This document shows positions 16,719-26,176 of a stretch of DNA of 64,000 nucleotides, one piece after another. The translations under genes and the position numbers were made by a program. Origin of the DNA: Escherichia phage HK6. The DNA lies in sequence record PP724615.1, one strand, 5' to 3'. Each line of letters begins with the position of its first letter. The stretch's first letter is position 1. Below the pieces are notes generated by a model. That model searched no databases and was not told where the DNA came from. It saw only the letters and a program-made list of their open reading frames with translations.

Positions 16719-19286
16719 TTGAAAATCGCAGTAGTTGATAAAGCTCTAAATAACACTCGTTATGATAAACATTTCCAGCTATACGGCGAGGAAGTTGATG
16801 TATTCCATATGTGTAACGAGAAGTTATCTGGTCGTTTGCTTAAAAAGCACATTACTATTGGAACACCAGAAAACCCATTTGATCCGAATGATTATGATTT
16901 TGTTATACTAGTAGGTGCTGAACCTTTCCTGTATTTCGCAGGTAAGAAAGGCATTGGTGACTATACTGGTAAACGTGTAGAGTATAATGGATATGCTAAC
17001 TGGATTGCGAGTATCAGCCCAGCCCAGTTACACTTTAAACCTGAAATGAAACCAGTTTTTGATGCAACAGTAGAGAATATCCACGATATTATCAATGGTC
17101 GTGAGAAGATTGCAAAAGCTGGTGATTACCGTCCTATTACTGACCCTGACGAGGCGGAAGAATATATCAAGATGGTGTATAATATGGTTATCGGACCTGT
17201 AGCATTCGACTCCGAAACCTCAGCACTATACTGTCGAGATGGTTATCTGCTTGGTGTTTCTATGTCTCACCAAGAGTATCAGGGTGTGTATATCGATTCT
17301 GATTGCCTCACAGAGGTTGCAGTATATTATCTCCAGAAAATTCTGGATAGTGAAAATCACACTATTGTTTTTCACAACCTGAAGTTTGATATGCACTTTT
17401 ATAAGTACCATCTGGGACTTACTTTTGACAAAGCACATAAAGAACGCAGGCTCCATGATACCATGTTGCAGCATTATGTTCTGGATGAGCGTCGTGGTAC
17501 TCATGGCTTGAAATCTCTAGCAATGAAGTATACCGATATGGGTGACTATGACTTTGAACTAGATAAGTTCAAGGAGGATTACTGCAAAGCACATAAAATC
17601 AAGAAAGAAGATTTCACTTATGATTTAATTCCGTTTGATATTATGTGGCCTTACGCTGCAAAAGATACCGATGCCACCATACGTTTGCACAATTTCTTCT
17701 TACCAAAAATTGAGAAGAATGAAAAACTTTGCAGTCTGTATTATGATGTTCTAATGCCTGGTTGTGTATTTCTCCAGCGTGTTGAGGATCGTGGTGTACC
17801 AATTTCTATTGATCGCTTGAAAGAAGCTCAGTATCAGTTAACTCATAATCTGAATAAAGCTCGTGAGAAGCTGTATACTTATCCAGAAGTCGTTCAGCTA
17901 GAGAAAGATCAGAACGAAGCGTTTAACCCAAACTCTGTTAAACAACTCCGTGTTCTTCTGTTTGATTATGTTGGCTTAACTCCAACAGGTAAATTGACGG
18001 ATACTGGAGCAGACTCTACAGATGCAGAGGCTTTGAACGAATTGTCTACGCAGCATCCAATTGCTAAGACTCTACTAGAAATTCGTAAGCTGACTAAGCT
18101 GATCTCTACTTATGTTGAGAAGATTCTTCTGAGTATTGATGCAGATGGTTGCATTCGTACTGGCTTCCATGAACACATGACTACTTCTGGTCGTCTGAGT
18201 TCTTCTGGTAAACTGAACCTGCAACAGTTACCTCGTGATGAATCTATTATCAAGGGTTGTGTAGTAGCTCCTCCCGGGTATCGTGTAATCGCATGGGACT
18301 TAACAACTGCGGAAGTTTATTATGCTGCTGTTCTATCTGGTGATAGAAATATGCAACAGGTATTTATCAACATGAGAAATGAACCTGATAAATACCCTGA
18401 CTTCCACTCTAACATCGCACACATGGTATTTAAGCTCCAATGCGAACCTCGTGATGTTAAAAAGTTGTTCCCAGCTCTGCGTCAGGCTGCTAAGGCAATT
18501 ACCTTTGGTATTTTGTATGGTTCTGGCCCGGCTAAAGTAGCTCATTCTGTTAATGAAGCTCTTCTGGAACAAGCTGCTAAGACAGGCGAACCGTTTGTAG
18601 AATGTACTGTTGCAGATGCTAAAGAGTACATTGAAACTTATTTCGGTCAGTTCCCGCAGCTTAAGCGTTGGATTGATAAGTGCCACGATCAAATCAAGAA
18701 TCATGGGTTTATCTATAGTCACTTTGGGCGTAAACGTCGTCTGCATAATATCCACTCCGAAGACCGTGGTGTTCAGGGTGAAGAAATTCGTTCTGGATTT
18801 AACGCAATCATTCAGTCTGCTTCCTCTGATAGCCTCCTTTTAGGTGCTGTAGATGCAGATAATGAGATCATTTCTCTTGGCCTAGAACAAGAGATGAAGA
18901 TTGTTATGCTGGTTCATGACTCCGTAGTTGCTATTGTTCGTGAGGATTTGATTGATCAATACAATGAAATCCTGATTCGTAATATCCAAAAAGACCGTGG
19001 TATCAGTATTCCTGGCTGTCCGATTGGTATTGATTCTGATTCTGAAGCTGGAGGTTCTCGTGACTACTCTTGTGGTAAGATGAAGAAGCAGCATCCATCA
19101 ATCGCTTGTATTGATGATGATGAATATACTCGTTATGTCAAGGGTGTATTACTTGACGCAGAATTCGAGTATAAGAAACTAGCTGCAATGGATAAAGAGC
19201 ATCCAGATCATAGCAAATACAAGGATGATAAGTTTATTGCTGTATGTAAAGATTTGGATAACGTGAGAAGGATTCTCGGTGCTTGA
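16719..19286 (+). CDS. family A DNA polymerase with 3'-5' exonuclease domain, 855 aa
   Basis: Exo motifs VAFDSETSAL, FHNLKFDMHF, YAAKDTDAT; polymerase motif B RQAAKAITFGILYGSG and motif C VHDS; TTG start with AGGAG 7 nt upstream. Confidence 0.9.
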   Translation: MKIAVVDKALNNTRYDKHFQLYGEEVDVFHMCNEKLSGRLLKKHITIGTPENPFDPNDYDFVILVGAEPFLYFAGKKGIGDYTGKRVEYNGYANWIASISPAQLHFKPEMKPVFDATVENIHDIINGREKIAKAGDYRPITDPDEAEEYIKMVYNMVIGPVAFDSETSALYCRDGYLLGVSMSHQEYQGVYIDSDCLTEVAVYYLQKILDSENHTIVFHNLKFDMHFYKYHLGLTFDKAHKERRLHDTMLQHYVLDERRGTHGLKSLAMKYTDMGDYDFELDKFKEDYCKAHKIKKEDFTYDLIPFDIMWPYAAKDTDATIRLHNFFLPKIEKNEKLCSLYYDVLMPGCVFLQRVEDRGVPISIDRLKEAQYQLTHNLNKAREKLYTYPEVVQLEKDQNEAFNPNSVKQLRVLLFDYVGLTPTGKLTDTGADSTDAEALNELSTQHPIAKTLLEIRKLTKLISTYVEKILLSIDADGCIRTGFHEHMTTSGRLSSSGKLNLQQLPRDESIIKGCVVAPPGYRVIAWDLTTAEVYYAAVLSGDRNMQQVFINMRNEPDKYPDFHSNIAHMVFKLQCEPRDVKKLFPALRQAAKAITFGILYGSGPAKVAHSVNEALLEQAAKTGEPFVECTVADAKEYIETYFGQFPQLKRWIDKCHDQIKNHGFIYSHFGRKRRLHNIHSEDRGVQGEEIRSGFNAIIQSASSDSLLLGAVDADNEIISLGLEQEMKIVMLVHDSVVAIVREDLIDQYNEILIRNIQKDRGISIPGCPIGIDSDSEAGGSRDYSCGKMKKQHPSIACIDDDEYTRYVKGVLLDAEFEYKKLAAMDKEHPDHSKYKDDKFIAVCKDLDNVRRILGA

Positions 19287-19776
19287 TTTCAAATTGCCCG
19301 TATATGCTTTACGGGCGTTTGTATCAATTGAGCAAGAAGGTGATTATTCCGTAATTACAACAAGGTATAATAAATACGTGCTAGATAACAGGAAGTTGCC
19401 TGGCACTTTTTCTCAACGTAGGCTTATTCTATTTGAGAAACGGAAAGAATTACCATACAAGCTCTATCCTATTAGAGGTAGAATATCAATGTTGTCTCAA
19501 TTAGTTGGGTCAAAGCGTAGCCAATTTATAGATTCTGATGGAAATCTTATTAACTGGAAGAAAACTACGTTCTATGATGTTGTCACCTCTAAAGTTTTGC
19601 ATTCAGCTAGAATTTATAACGGAAAATACCAATGCTATGTAGCTAAAGTTCCATACCCATTTGTATTATCCTATGTTCCAGCTTATATAAGCTATATTCT
19701 GGTAAATAATAGCCCTGTTATTTATCAAGTCCATCAAGAGGAGCCTGAAATTCCTAGACTTAGAATAAAATTATGA
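19279..19776 (+). CDS. hypothetical protein (165 aa as drawn; true start possibly ATG ~19489)
   Basis: ORF bridging polymerase and helicase genes; its 5' part contains a terminator-like hairpin GCCCGTATATGCTTTACGGGC+GTTTGT (19297-19325), so the real CDS may be shorter. Confidence 0.3.
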   Translation: MLDFKLPVYALRAFVSIEQEGDYSVITTRYNKYVLDNRKLPGTFSQRRLILFEKRKELPYKLYPIRGRISMLSQLVGSKRSQFIDSDGNLINWKKTTFYDVVTSKVLHSARIYNGKYQCYVAKVPYPFVLSYVPAYISYILVNNSPVIYQVHQEEPEIPRLRIKL

Positions 19777-21125
19777 AGGTTGTCATATCTAATAAAGCAT
19801 ATTTCAAGCCCGATGATGAACTTTGGGATTATTGTAGTAAGCAAACCACTTATCACATTGAGACAATGACTAGTAAATACCCTATTATGTATAAGAATAG
19901 TGGTGTTGTTGCCAAAGAGATTAAGTGGATTCCTATTACGCGTCTGGACTTACTAGACGCTAAAGGAGTAAAATACGAATTAGTCGATAAACGTACATTA
20001 GCTCCGGTAGATATACCAAAACCTAAGTTCAAACTGCGTGAAGAAGACCAGCTCCCAATATATGAAGAGTGTGATGATACCTGTATTATTAATGGTAAGC
20101 CCGGATTCGGTAAAACTATCCTAGCCCTTGCACTTGCGTATAAATTTGGCCAAAAAACTCTGGTAATATGTACGAATACATCCATTCGTGAGATGTGGGC
20201 AGCAGAAGTTCGTAAATGGTTTGGGTTTGAGCCTGGTATCATAGGTTCTGGGAAATATAACATTGATCCACCAATTGTGGTCAGTAATATTCAAACAGTG
20301 AATAAACATGCGAATAATCTTTCTAAAGTATTCGGTACTGTTATAGTTGATGAGGTTCACCATTGTGTGGCTACAACTTTCACTAACTTCCTAGAAATAT
20401 CATGTGCTCGCTATAAGATTGGGCTATCTGGAACATTAAAACGTAAAGACGGTCTACAAGTTATGTTCAAAGATTTCTTTGGATATAAGATCTTTAGCCC
20501 ACCGGTTAATAATACTGTTGCACCTACAATCCATAGATACTCCGTACCTGTTGAGTTATCAGGGAACCAAAACGTACCATGGGCATTACGTGCTAACGAT
20601 GTATATAATCATCCTGAATATCGAGAGACTATTATAAATCTAGCACATCTATACGTGAATATGGGGCATAAAGTACTCATTGTAAGCGATAGAACAGAGT
20701 TAATCCAAACAGTACTAGAAGCTCTTGCACAGCGTGGTGTTACAACATATGAAATTATAGGGGCAACCCACTTAGATGATCGATTAAAAATTCAGGAAGA
20801 TATAGCAAAAGGTGGACCTTGTGTACTTGCAGCAGCTCAAAGTATCTTCTCTGAAGGTATTTCTCTTAATGAGTTGTCCTGTTTAATAATGGGAAGTCTC
20901 ATTAATAATGAGTCTCTCATTGAACAGCTTGCAGGTCGTGTTCAACGTATTGTCGATGGTAAACTCGACCCTATTGTTGTAGATCTAATTATGAAAGGGG
21001 GCACTGGACTAAGACAGGCTTCTGGACGTATGGCAGTATATCGTAACAACGGGTGGAAAACTATTACCATGACTCCGGAGAAAGCAGTTCAATTAGCTAA
21101 AATTGCATTTGGCAACAGCTCATAA
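19773..21125 (+). CDS. SF2 DNA helicase (DExH-box), 450 aa
   Basis: Walker A GKPGFGKT, motif II VIVDEVHHC, motif III LSGT, motif VI-like QLAGRVQR. Confidence 0.75.
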   Translation: MKVVISNKAYFKPDDELWDYCSKQTTYHIETMTSKYPIMYKNSGVVAKEIKWIPITRLDLLDAKGVKYELVDKRTLAPVDIPKPKFKLREEDQLPIYEECDDTCIINGKPGFGKTILALALAYKFGQKTLVICTNTSIREMWAAEVRKWFGFEPGIIGSGKYNIDPPIVVSNIQTVNKHANNLSKVFGTVIVDEVHHCVATTFTNFLEISCARYKIGLSGTLKRKDGLQVMFKDFFGYKIFSPPVNNTVAPTIHRYSVPVELSGNQNVPWALRANDVYNHPEYRETIINLAHLYVNMGHKVLIVSDRTELIQTVLEALAQRGVTTYEIIGATHLDDRLKIQEDIAKGGPCVLAAAQSIFSEGISLNELSCLIMGSLINNESLIEQLAGRVQRIVDGKLDPIVVDLIMKGGTGLRQASGRMAVYRNNGWKTITMTPEKAVQLAKIAFGNSS

Positions 21126-21208
21126 ATGATGTATAATATATACATAAATTTGAGAGAGAAAGTTTCGGATTGATAAGAAAGTCCGAAGCAGAAAAATAAA
21201 AATTTTAG

Positions 21209-21238
21209 TTGCTAAATTCTCTCGAAATCTAGTATAAT
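21209..21238 (+). promoter_or_regulatory. sigma70-type early promoter (TTGCTA-18-TATAAT)
   Basis: -35 TTGCTA 21209-21214, -10 TATAAT 21233-21238, then ATATACATAAATTCGAGGAG; a second -10 plus ATACATAAATTTGAGAGAG copy lies at 21132-21160. Confidence 0.5.
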
Positions 21239-21345
21239 ATATACATAAATTCGAGGAGAAAACAAAAATTAAATTCTTCGATTATGAAAAGCTATACTTA
21301 CTAGCTAGAGGAAATTCCGACCTAATTATTAAGCTATTCAAAAGA

Positions 21346-21630
21346 ATGCTTACAGAGCCTGATGCTCACCAATTATTGGTCGGTTCCTCATTCATTTTGA
21401 ATGAATCAACAATAGTTGATAATCCAAATAAATTGTCTAATAGACAACTGGCAGAATATCTAGGAATTTTAAGTCTACGAAATTATGCCGAATACAAGTT
21501 TACAAACGATCCTAGTTTGGACATACAATATGTTCCAGTATGGATACCACGTTTAGTAATCGACACTAACCCACTAATCGCAATTAACAAATCGAAATTA
21601 ATCTTTAAAGAGGAAATAAAATATGGCTAA
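21346..21630 (+). CDS. hypothetical protein, 94 aa
   Basis: ORF downstream of the tandem promoters; weak RBS; no motif. Confidence 0.4.
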   Translation: MLTEPDAHQLLVGSSFILNESTIVDNPNKLSNRQLAEYLGILSLRNYAEYKFTNDPSLDIQYVPVWIPRLVIDTNPLIAINKSKLIFKEEIKYG

Positions 21631-22396
21631 GTCTTGGGGCGAAACTACTGGCGGTTCTAACGATAAAATCGAATTCCTGAAGTTCAACAACGGTATCACT
21701 CGTGTTCGTATCGTTTCTGGTGTTCTTCCACGTTATGTTTATTGGCTGACTAATAAAGATGGTAACGCAGCTCCTTTCGAATGTCTCCGTTTTAACCGTG
21801 ACAAAGAGAGTTTTGTTCGTGGTAAAGCTGATCCGGTTCATGAGATGGGCTTCTTCGAGAAAGAGCTGGATAAAGATGGTAATCGTGTTCCGCTGAAACC
21901 GAAGAAAAACTATATCGCTTTTGTTATCGACCGTTCTGATAACAAACTGAAGGTAATGGAAGTCAAGGCTACTATTCTGAAAGGCATCCAGTCTATCATG
22001 AAGCAGTTGAGCCTGGCAACTCCGTTTGATATTGATATTTCTATCGAGAAAAAAGGTAAAGGTTTCGATACTGAGTATGATGTACAGCAGATTGCTGCTA
22101 TGCAGTTCCAGATTAAGCTGCAAGATCCTAACAGTGCGGAATCTAAGCAATATGTTGCGGATGTAGATCTGATCGGTGAAGCTATGTGTGACGAAGATGG
22201 CGACATCATTAAGTTCGAAAAAGTTCCTTCTCTGGAACAAACCTATCCGGTTCCTACCTATGAAGAGCAGAAAGAAGCAATCCAAGCCTTCATGGAAGGT
22301 CGTGAGAATAAAGATGATGATGCCAAATCTGGTAATAGCAATGCAGGCTCCCAGAAAGGTATTGACTCAGAAGCTGCAAGCGATCTAGACGACTAA
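21623..22396 (+). CDS. putative ssDNA-binding protein, 257 aa
   Basis: AGAGGA RBS; highly optimised codons; acidic C-terminal tail (DDDAKSGNSNAGSQKGIDSEAASDLDD) as in SSB/gp32-type proteins; assignment is inferential. Confidence 0.4.
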   Translation: MAKSWGETTGGSNDKIEFLKFNNGITRVRIVSGVLPRYVYWLTNKDGNAAPFECLRFNRDKESFVRGKADPVHEMGFFEKELDKDGNRVPLKPKKNYIAFVIDRSDNKLKVMEVKATILKGIQSIMKQLSLATPFDIDISIEKKGKGFDTEYDVQQIAAMQFQIKLQDPNSAESKQYVADVDLIGEAMCDEDGDIIKFEKVPSLEQTYPVPTYEEQKEAIQAFMEGRENKDDDAKSGNSNAGSQKGIDSEAASDLDD

Positions 22397-22399
22397 TAA

Positions 22400-22425
22400 A
22401 TAGAGGGGCTTCGGCCCCTTTTCTT
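22400..22425 (+). terminator. rho-independent terminator
   Basis: Hairpin AGGGGCTTCGGCCCCT followed by TTTTCTT. Confidence 0.6.
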
Positions 22426-22433
22426 ATATCTTT

Positions 22434-22910
22434 ATGATTACACAAGATAGACTTAAAGAGCTATTGGACTATGATCCTCTAACCGGTATATTTAGATGGA
22501 AAGTCTCAAGAGGAAGAGTATCAAAAGGATTCATAGCAGGGACGGAAGTATGGGTATCTGATAACTATATCAGATTGGAAATCCGAATTGATGGTAAAAG
22601 GTATAAAGCACATCAACTAGCTTTCTTATACGTGTATGGATACATTCCAGAAGAAATTGACCATAAGGATAGGAATCCATTAAATAATGCCATAGATAAT
22701 TTACTAGACTCTTCTAAGTCACGCAATCAGTTGAATAGAAACAAGAATAGTAATAAAGAATTACCAAAAGGTGTTTTCTTAAAACATTCAACTGGTAGAT
22801 ATTTTGTTCAAATTAAAGGTAAGCATTATGGATATACAGATTCCATATATGAAGCAGAGACTGTAGCAAATGCAGTATATGATAGTCTATTAAGTGAAAA
22901 TACTATTTAG
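22434..22910 (+). CDS. HNH homing endonuclease with AP2-like DNA-binding domain, 158 aa
   Basis: HNH_3-type motif AHQLAFLYVYGYIPEEIDHKDRNPLNNAIDNL; C-terminal AP2-like GVFLKHSTGRYFVQIKGKHYGYTDSIYEAE. Confidence 0.7.
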   Translation: MITQDRLKELLDYDPLTGIFRWKVSRGRVSKGFIAGTEVWVSDNYIRLEIRIDGKRYKAHQLAFLYVYGYIPEEIDHKDRNPLNNAIDNLLDSSKSRNQLNRNKNSNKELPKGVFLKHSTGRYFVQIKGKHYGYTDSIYEAETVANAVYDSLLSENTI

Positions 22911-23871
22911 TGCTGATCATCATATTAAGCTGGGCCAAGATAAGATACCAAAAGAATGGCAGAAGCGTCGCTTCCTGATGCTAGGAGAACGGTTAAATGA
23001 TATATTCCATAGTCATAACTGTGATCTTCATATTGCTGGTGGTGATATACTTGATGTTGCCGACCCGTCGTCAGAAGAAATAGAACTGCTTGAACAGTTC
23101 ATGTCAAGACTTGACCATCCAGGCAAAATCTTTACTGGAAATCATGAAATGTTAACGAAAACCATTTCATGCCTATATCATTATGCAGGAGTTATTAATA
23201 AAGTAACGAGTGGGAAGTGGGAAGTAATTACCAAACCATATCGTTCCCCTGAGTTTGATATTGTTCCATATGACGAAATCCATAAATCCAAATGGAAACC
23301 ATCTGAATCAAAACTATGTTTCACACATGTTCGTGGTGAAATACCTCCACATGTAAAACCAGAAATTGATCTAACTAAGTACAACTGTTATGATACTGTA
23401 ATTGCTGGCGATTTACATTCTTATACTAATAGCCAGACTATCGGATCCACTAGACTTCTCTACCCAGGGTCTCCATTAACTACATCGTTTCATAGAGAAC
23501 GCACAAAAGGTACAAATGGTTGCTTTATCATTGATACCGACACATTAAAAGTAGAATGGATTGAACTCGGTGATTTACCACAACTGATTCGTAAAACAAT
23601 CGGAGCGGGTGAAGAGATGGAACCTAGTGATTATGATCGTGTAGTCTATGAAGTTACTGGTGACGTTGTTCAATTAAAGTCTATTAAAGACTCTGATTTA
23701 TTAGATAAGAAGATTAACCATCGAGTTACTAAAGATGCTAAGTTAAATCTTGTTGATCTTGATATGTTAGGTGAACTTGAACTTTACTTCCGTGAAGTCG
23801 AGAAGCTATCTCAAGGAGACATTGATAGAATCTTAGCTAGAGCTGCGAAATATGTCAAAGATTACAATTAA
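22894..23871 (+). CDS. SbcD/Mre11-like nuclease, 325 aa
   Basis: Calcineurin-like phosphoesterase motifs: N-terminal SADHH, FTGNHE, IAGDLHS. Confidence 0.7.
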   Translation: MKILFSADHHIKLGQDKIPKEWQKRRFLMLGERLNDIFHSHNCDLHIAGGDILDVADPSSEEIELLEQFMSRLDHPGKIFTGNHEMLTKTISCLYHYAGVINKVTSGKWEVITKPYRSPEFDIVPYDEIHKSKWKPSESKLCFTHVRGEIPPHVKPEIDLTKYNCYDTVIAGDLHSYTNSQTIGSTRLLYPGSPLTTSFHRERTKGTNGCFIIDTDTLKVEWIELGDLPQLIRKTIGAGEEMEPSDYDRVVYEVTGDVVQLKSIKDSDLLDKKINHRVTKDAKLNLVDLDMLGELELYFREVEKLSQGDIDRILARAAKYVKDYN

Positions 23872-25690
23872 GACACTAAAATTTAGTAACGTTATGTCTT
23901 ACGGTAAGGACATCGTAATTCATTTCGATAAGAATCCAGTTACTCAACTAATTGGTGGCAATGGGCTAGGGAAATCCACCATCGCTACTGTTATTGAAGA
24001 ACTATTCTATAATAAGAACTCACGTGGTATTAAGAAGGATGCTCTGTTCTCTTGGTCTACTCCGAAAAAAGAGTACGATATGCACGCTTACTTCTCGAAA
24101 GATGAAGATGAGTACGAACTACATAAAGTAGTTAAATCAACTGCTAAAGTAACTCTTATTAAGAATGGAGAAGATATTAGTGGACACACGGCAACTCAAA
24201 CATACAAGATGATTGAGGAGATTATGGGAGGTGACTTCCAAACGTTCACCAAACTAATTTATCAATCAGTGGGTTCCAATCTAGACTTTCTAAAAGCAAC
24301 AGATGCAACACGTAAGGCTTTTCTTGTTAACTTGTTCAATCAAGAACAGTATAAAGAAATGTCAGAAACTATTAAGGCTGACCGTAAAGAAATAGCAAAT
24401 ACCTTAAATAATTTGCAGGGCCAAATGGCTGTAATTACGAAAATCCTTAATGGAAAGAATAATCTAGGAACTCTACAGGAACCTGTAGAAGTACCCGAGT
24501 TTGATGAAGAGCCATTAGCACAAGAACTTACTGAATCGAAAATTAAGGCGGCATTAGCCAAGTCTCAAGAGGCTAATATTACTAAATTGCGTAATTTGGA
24601 CAAAGCTGTACAAGTTGCCGAACAATCTTTCGAGCCTTTCAAAAATTTGCCTGCGCCCACTGACCAAAATGAAGAGATCTCGAGTGTTACGCGTGACCTA
24701 ACGATTGTGACCTCACGTGCGGGCGAAGTCAAGAAACGTTATCAGAAGTTCAAGCAAGAAGCTTCAAATACTGAATGTCCTACTTGTGGTACTCATCTGG
24801 ATACAACTGCTGCTCAAAAAGCAATGGATATGGCTAGAACAGAATATGATCCTCTGTTCAAAGAGAAGCAATCTCTTGAAGCTAAGTTAGAACAGTTGAA
24901 GAAAGAACAACTTGAATACACTGCATATATTAGAGCAAAGGATGCTTTGGATAAAGCAGTGATAGCTAGAGACGAGTTCAAAAATTCAATGAGTGATGCT
25001 TCTTTTGAAGAACTCAATGTGCAAATCCTACAGGTGCAAATCCGACAATTAGAACAGGAAATCGCTGATGGCCGTTCTAAGGTTGCAATTGCCAAAGAGC
25101 ATAACGCAAATGTTGAATTAGCCAATGCAAAATATAAGGCGAAACTAGAACAGATTGAGAAAGCTGAGGCAGAACTGTCTGAGATTACTTCCAAACTGGA
25201 TGAAGTATCAGAAGCTGTTGCTGATCTCGATATTCTGATCGCCGCATTGAAAAATCTGGTAGGGTATAAGCTAGAGCATAGTGTGAAAGTATTTGAAGAG
25301 CTTATCAATAAATACCTTTCCATTATGACTGGTGGTAAGTTCGCACTTGGATTTGAACTTGATGAAACAAAATTACAAGTAGTAATCTTCAATGATGGAA
25401 ATCGTACTAGTATGGAGAATTGCTCTACTGGTCAGCAAAGTAGAATCAATCTAGCAACTCTGTTAGCTATTCGAATGCTACTAACATCTATTAGTAAAGT
25501 TAATATTAATCTTCTATTCCTTGATGAAGTAATTAGCTTTATTGATACTAAAGGACTTGACACTCTTGTTGAATTATTAAATGAGGAAGAAAGTCTAAAT
25601 TCTATCATTGTTTCTCACGGGCATACGCATCCATTGGCTCATAAGATTACTGTCAAAAAAGATGCAGAAGGATTTTCCTACTTAGAATAA
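23852..25690 (+). CDS. SbcC/Rad50-like ATPase, 612 aa
   Basis: N-terminal Walker A GGNGLGKST, central coiled coil with CPTCG zinc-hook-like motif, C-terminal Walker B/D-loop LLFLDEVISFID. Confidence 0.75.
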   Translation: MSKITIKTLKFSNVMSYGKDIVIHFDKNPVTQLIGGNGLGKSTIATVIEELFYNKNSRGIKKDALFSWSTPKKEYDMHAYFSKDEDEYELHKVVKSTAKVTLIKNGEDISGHTATQTYKMIEEIMGGDFQTFTKLIYQSVGSNLDFLKATDATRKAFLVNLFNQEQYKEMSETIKADRKEIANTLNNLQGQMAVITKILNGKNNLGTLQEPVEVPEFDEEPLAQELTESKIKAALAKSQEANITKLRNLDKAVQVAEQSFEPFKNLPAPTDQNEEISSVTRDLTIVTSRAGEVKKRYQKFKQEASNTECPTCGTHLDTTAAQKAMDMARTEYDPLFKEKQSLEAKLEQLKKEQLEYTAYIRAKDALDKAVIARDEFKNSMSDASFEELNVQILQVQIRQLEQEIADGRSKVAIAKEHNANVELANAKYKAKLEQIEKAEAELSEITSKLDEVSEAVADLDILIAALKNLVGYKLEHSVKVFEELINKYLSIMTGGKFALGFELDETKLQVVIFNDGNRTSMENCSTGQQSRINLATLLAIRMLLTSISKVNINLLFLDEVISFIDTKGLDTLVELLNEEESLNSIIVSHGHTHPLAHKITVKKDAEGFSYLE

Positions 25691-25693
25691 AAC

Positions 25694-26176
25694 ATGGCTG
25701 TAGATAGTAGAGAGAAAGGTAAACGTGGTGAATATCAGGTAAGAGATATTTTACGTGAACGTACAGGTCTTGAGTGGGAACGTGTTCCTGGTTCTGGTGC
25801 TTTTGGCCAGAGCCATGGACTAAAAGGTGACATCTACCTTCCACCACAAAGCGGACACATTAGTAAATACTGCTTCGAAGTTAAGTGGTATAAAGATGAC
25901 GCATTATCAAGTAATTTATTTAATGTTGGTGAATCCACTCTAGAGAAGTGGTGGCAGCAGTGCTCACGTGAAGGTGAGCAGATGAACTCCAAACCTGCAT
26001 TAATATTCAAAAAAGACAGAGGACAGTGGTTAATAGCTTTGGATAGCTCAGACCCGATGGTTGACAACTTAATGAGTCGTACCCATATGGTGTTAAATAA
26101 GAAAGACATGGAAATCGTAATTGGTTTATTTGAGCCGTGGCTACATCATGCATCTGTTGAGGACTTAATTAAATAA
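25694..26176 (+). CDS. PD-(D/E)xK nuclease, Holliday-junction-resolvase-like, 160 aa
   Basis: GKRGEYQVRDIL...GDIYL...FEVKW arrangement matches the Hjc-type G..E / D / E.K catalytic motif pattern. Confidence 0.45.
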   Translation: MAVDSREKGKRGEYQVRDILRERTGLEWERVPGSGAFGQSHGLKGDIYLPPQSGHISKYCFEVKWYKDDALSSNLFNVGESTLEKWWQQCSREGEQMNSKPALIFKKDRGQWLIALDSSDPMVDNLMSRTHMVLNKKDMEIVIGLFEPWLHHASVEDLIK

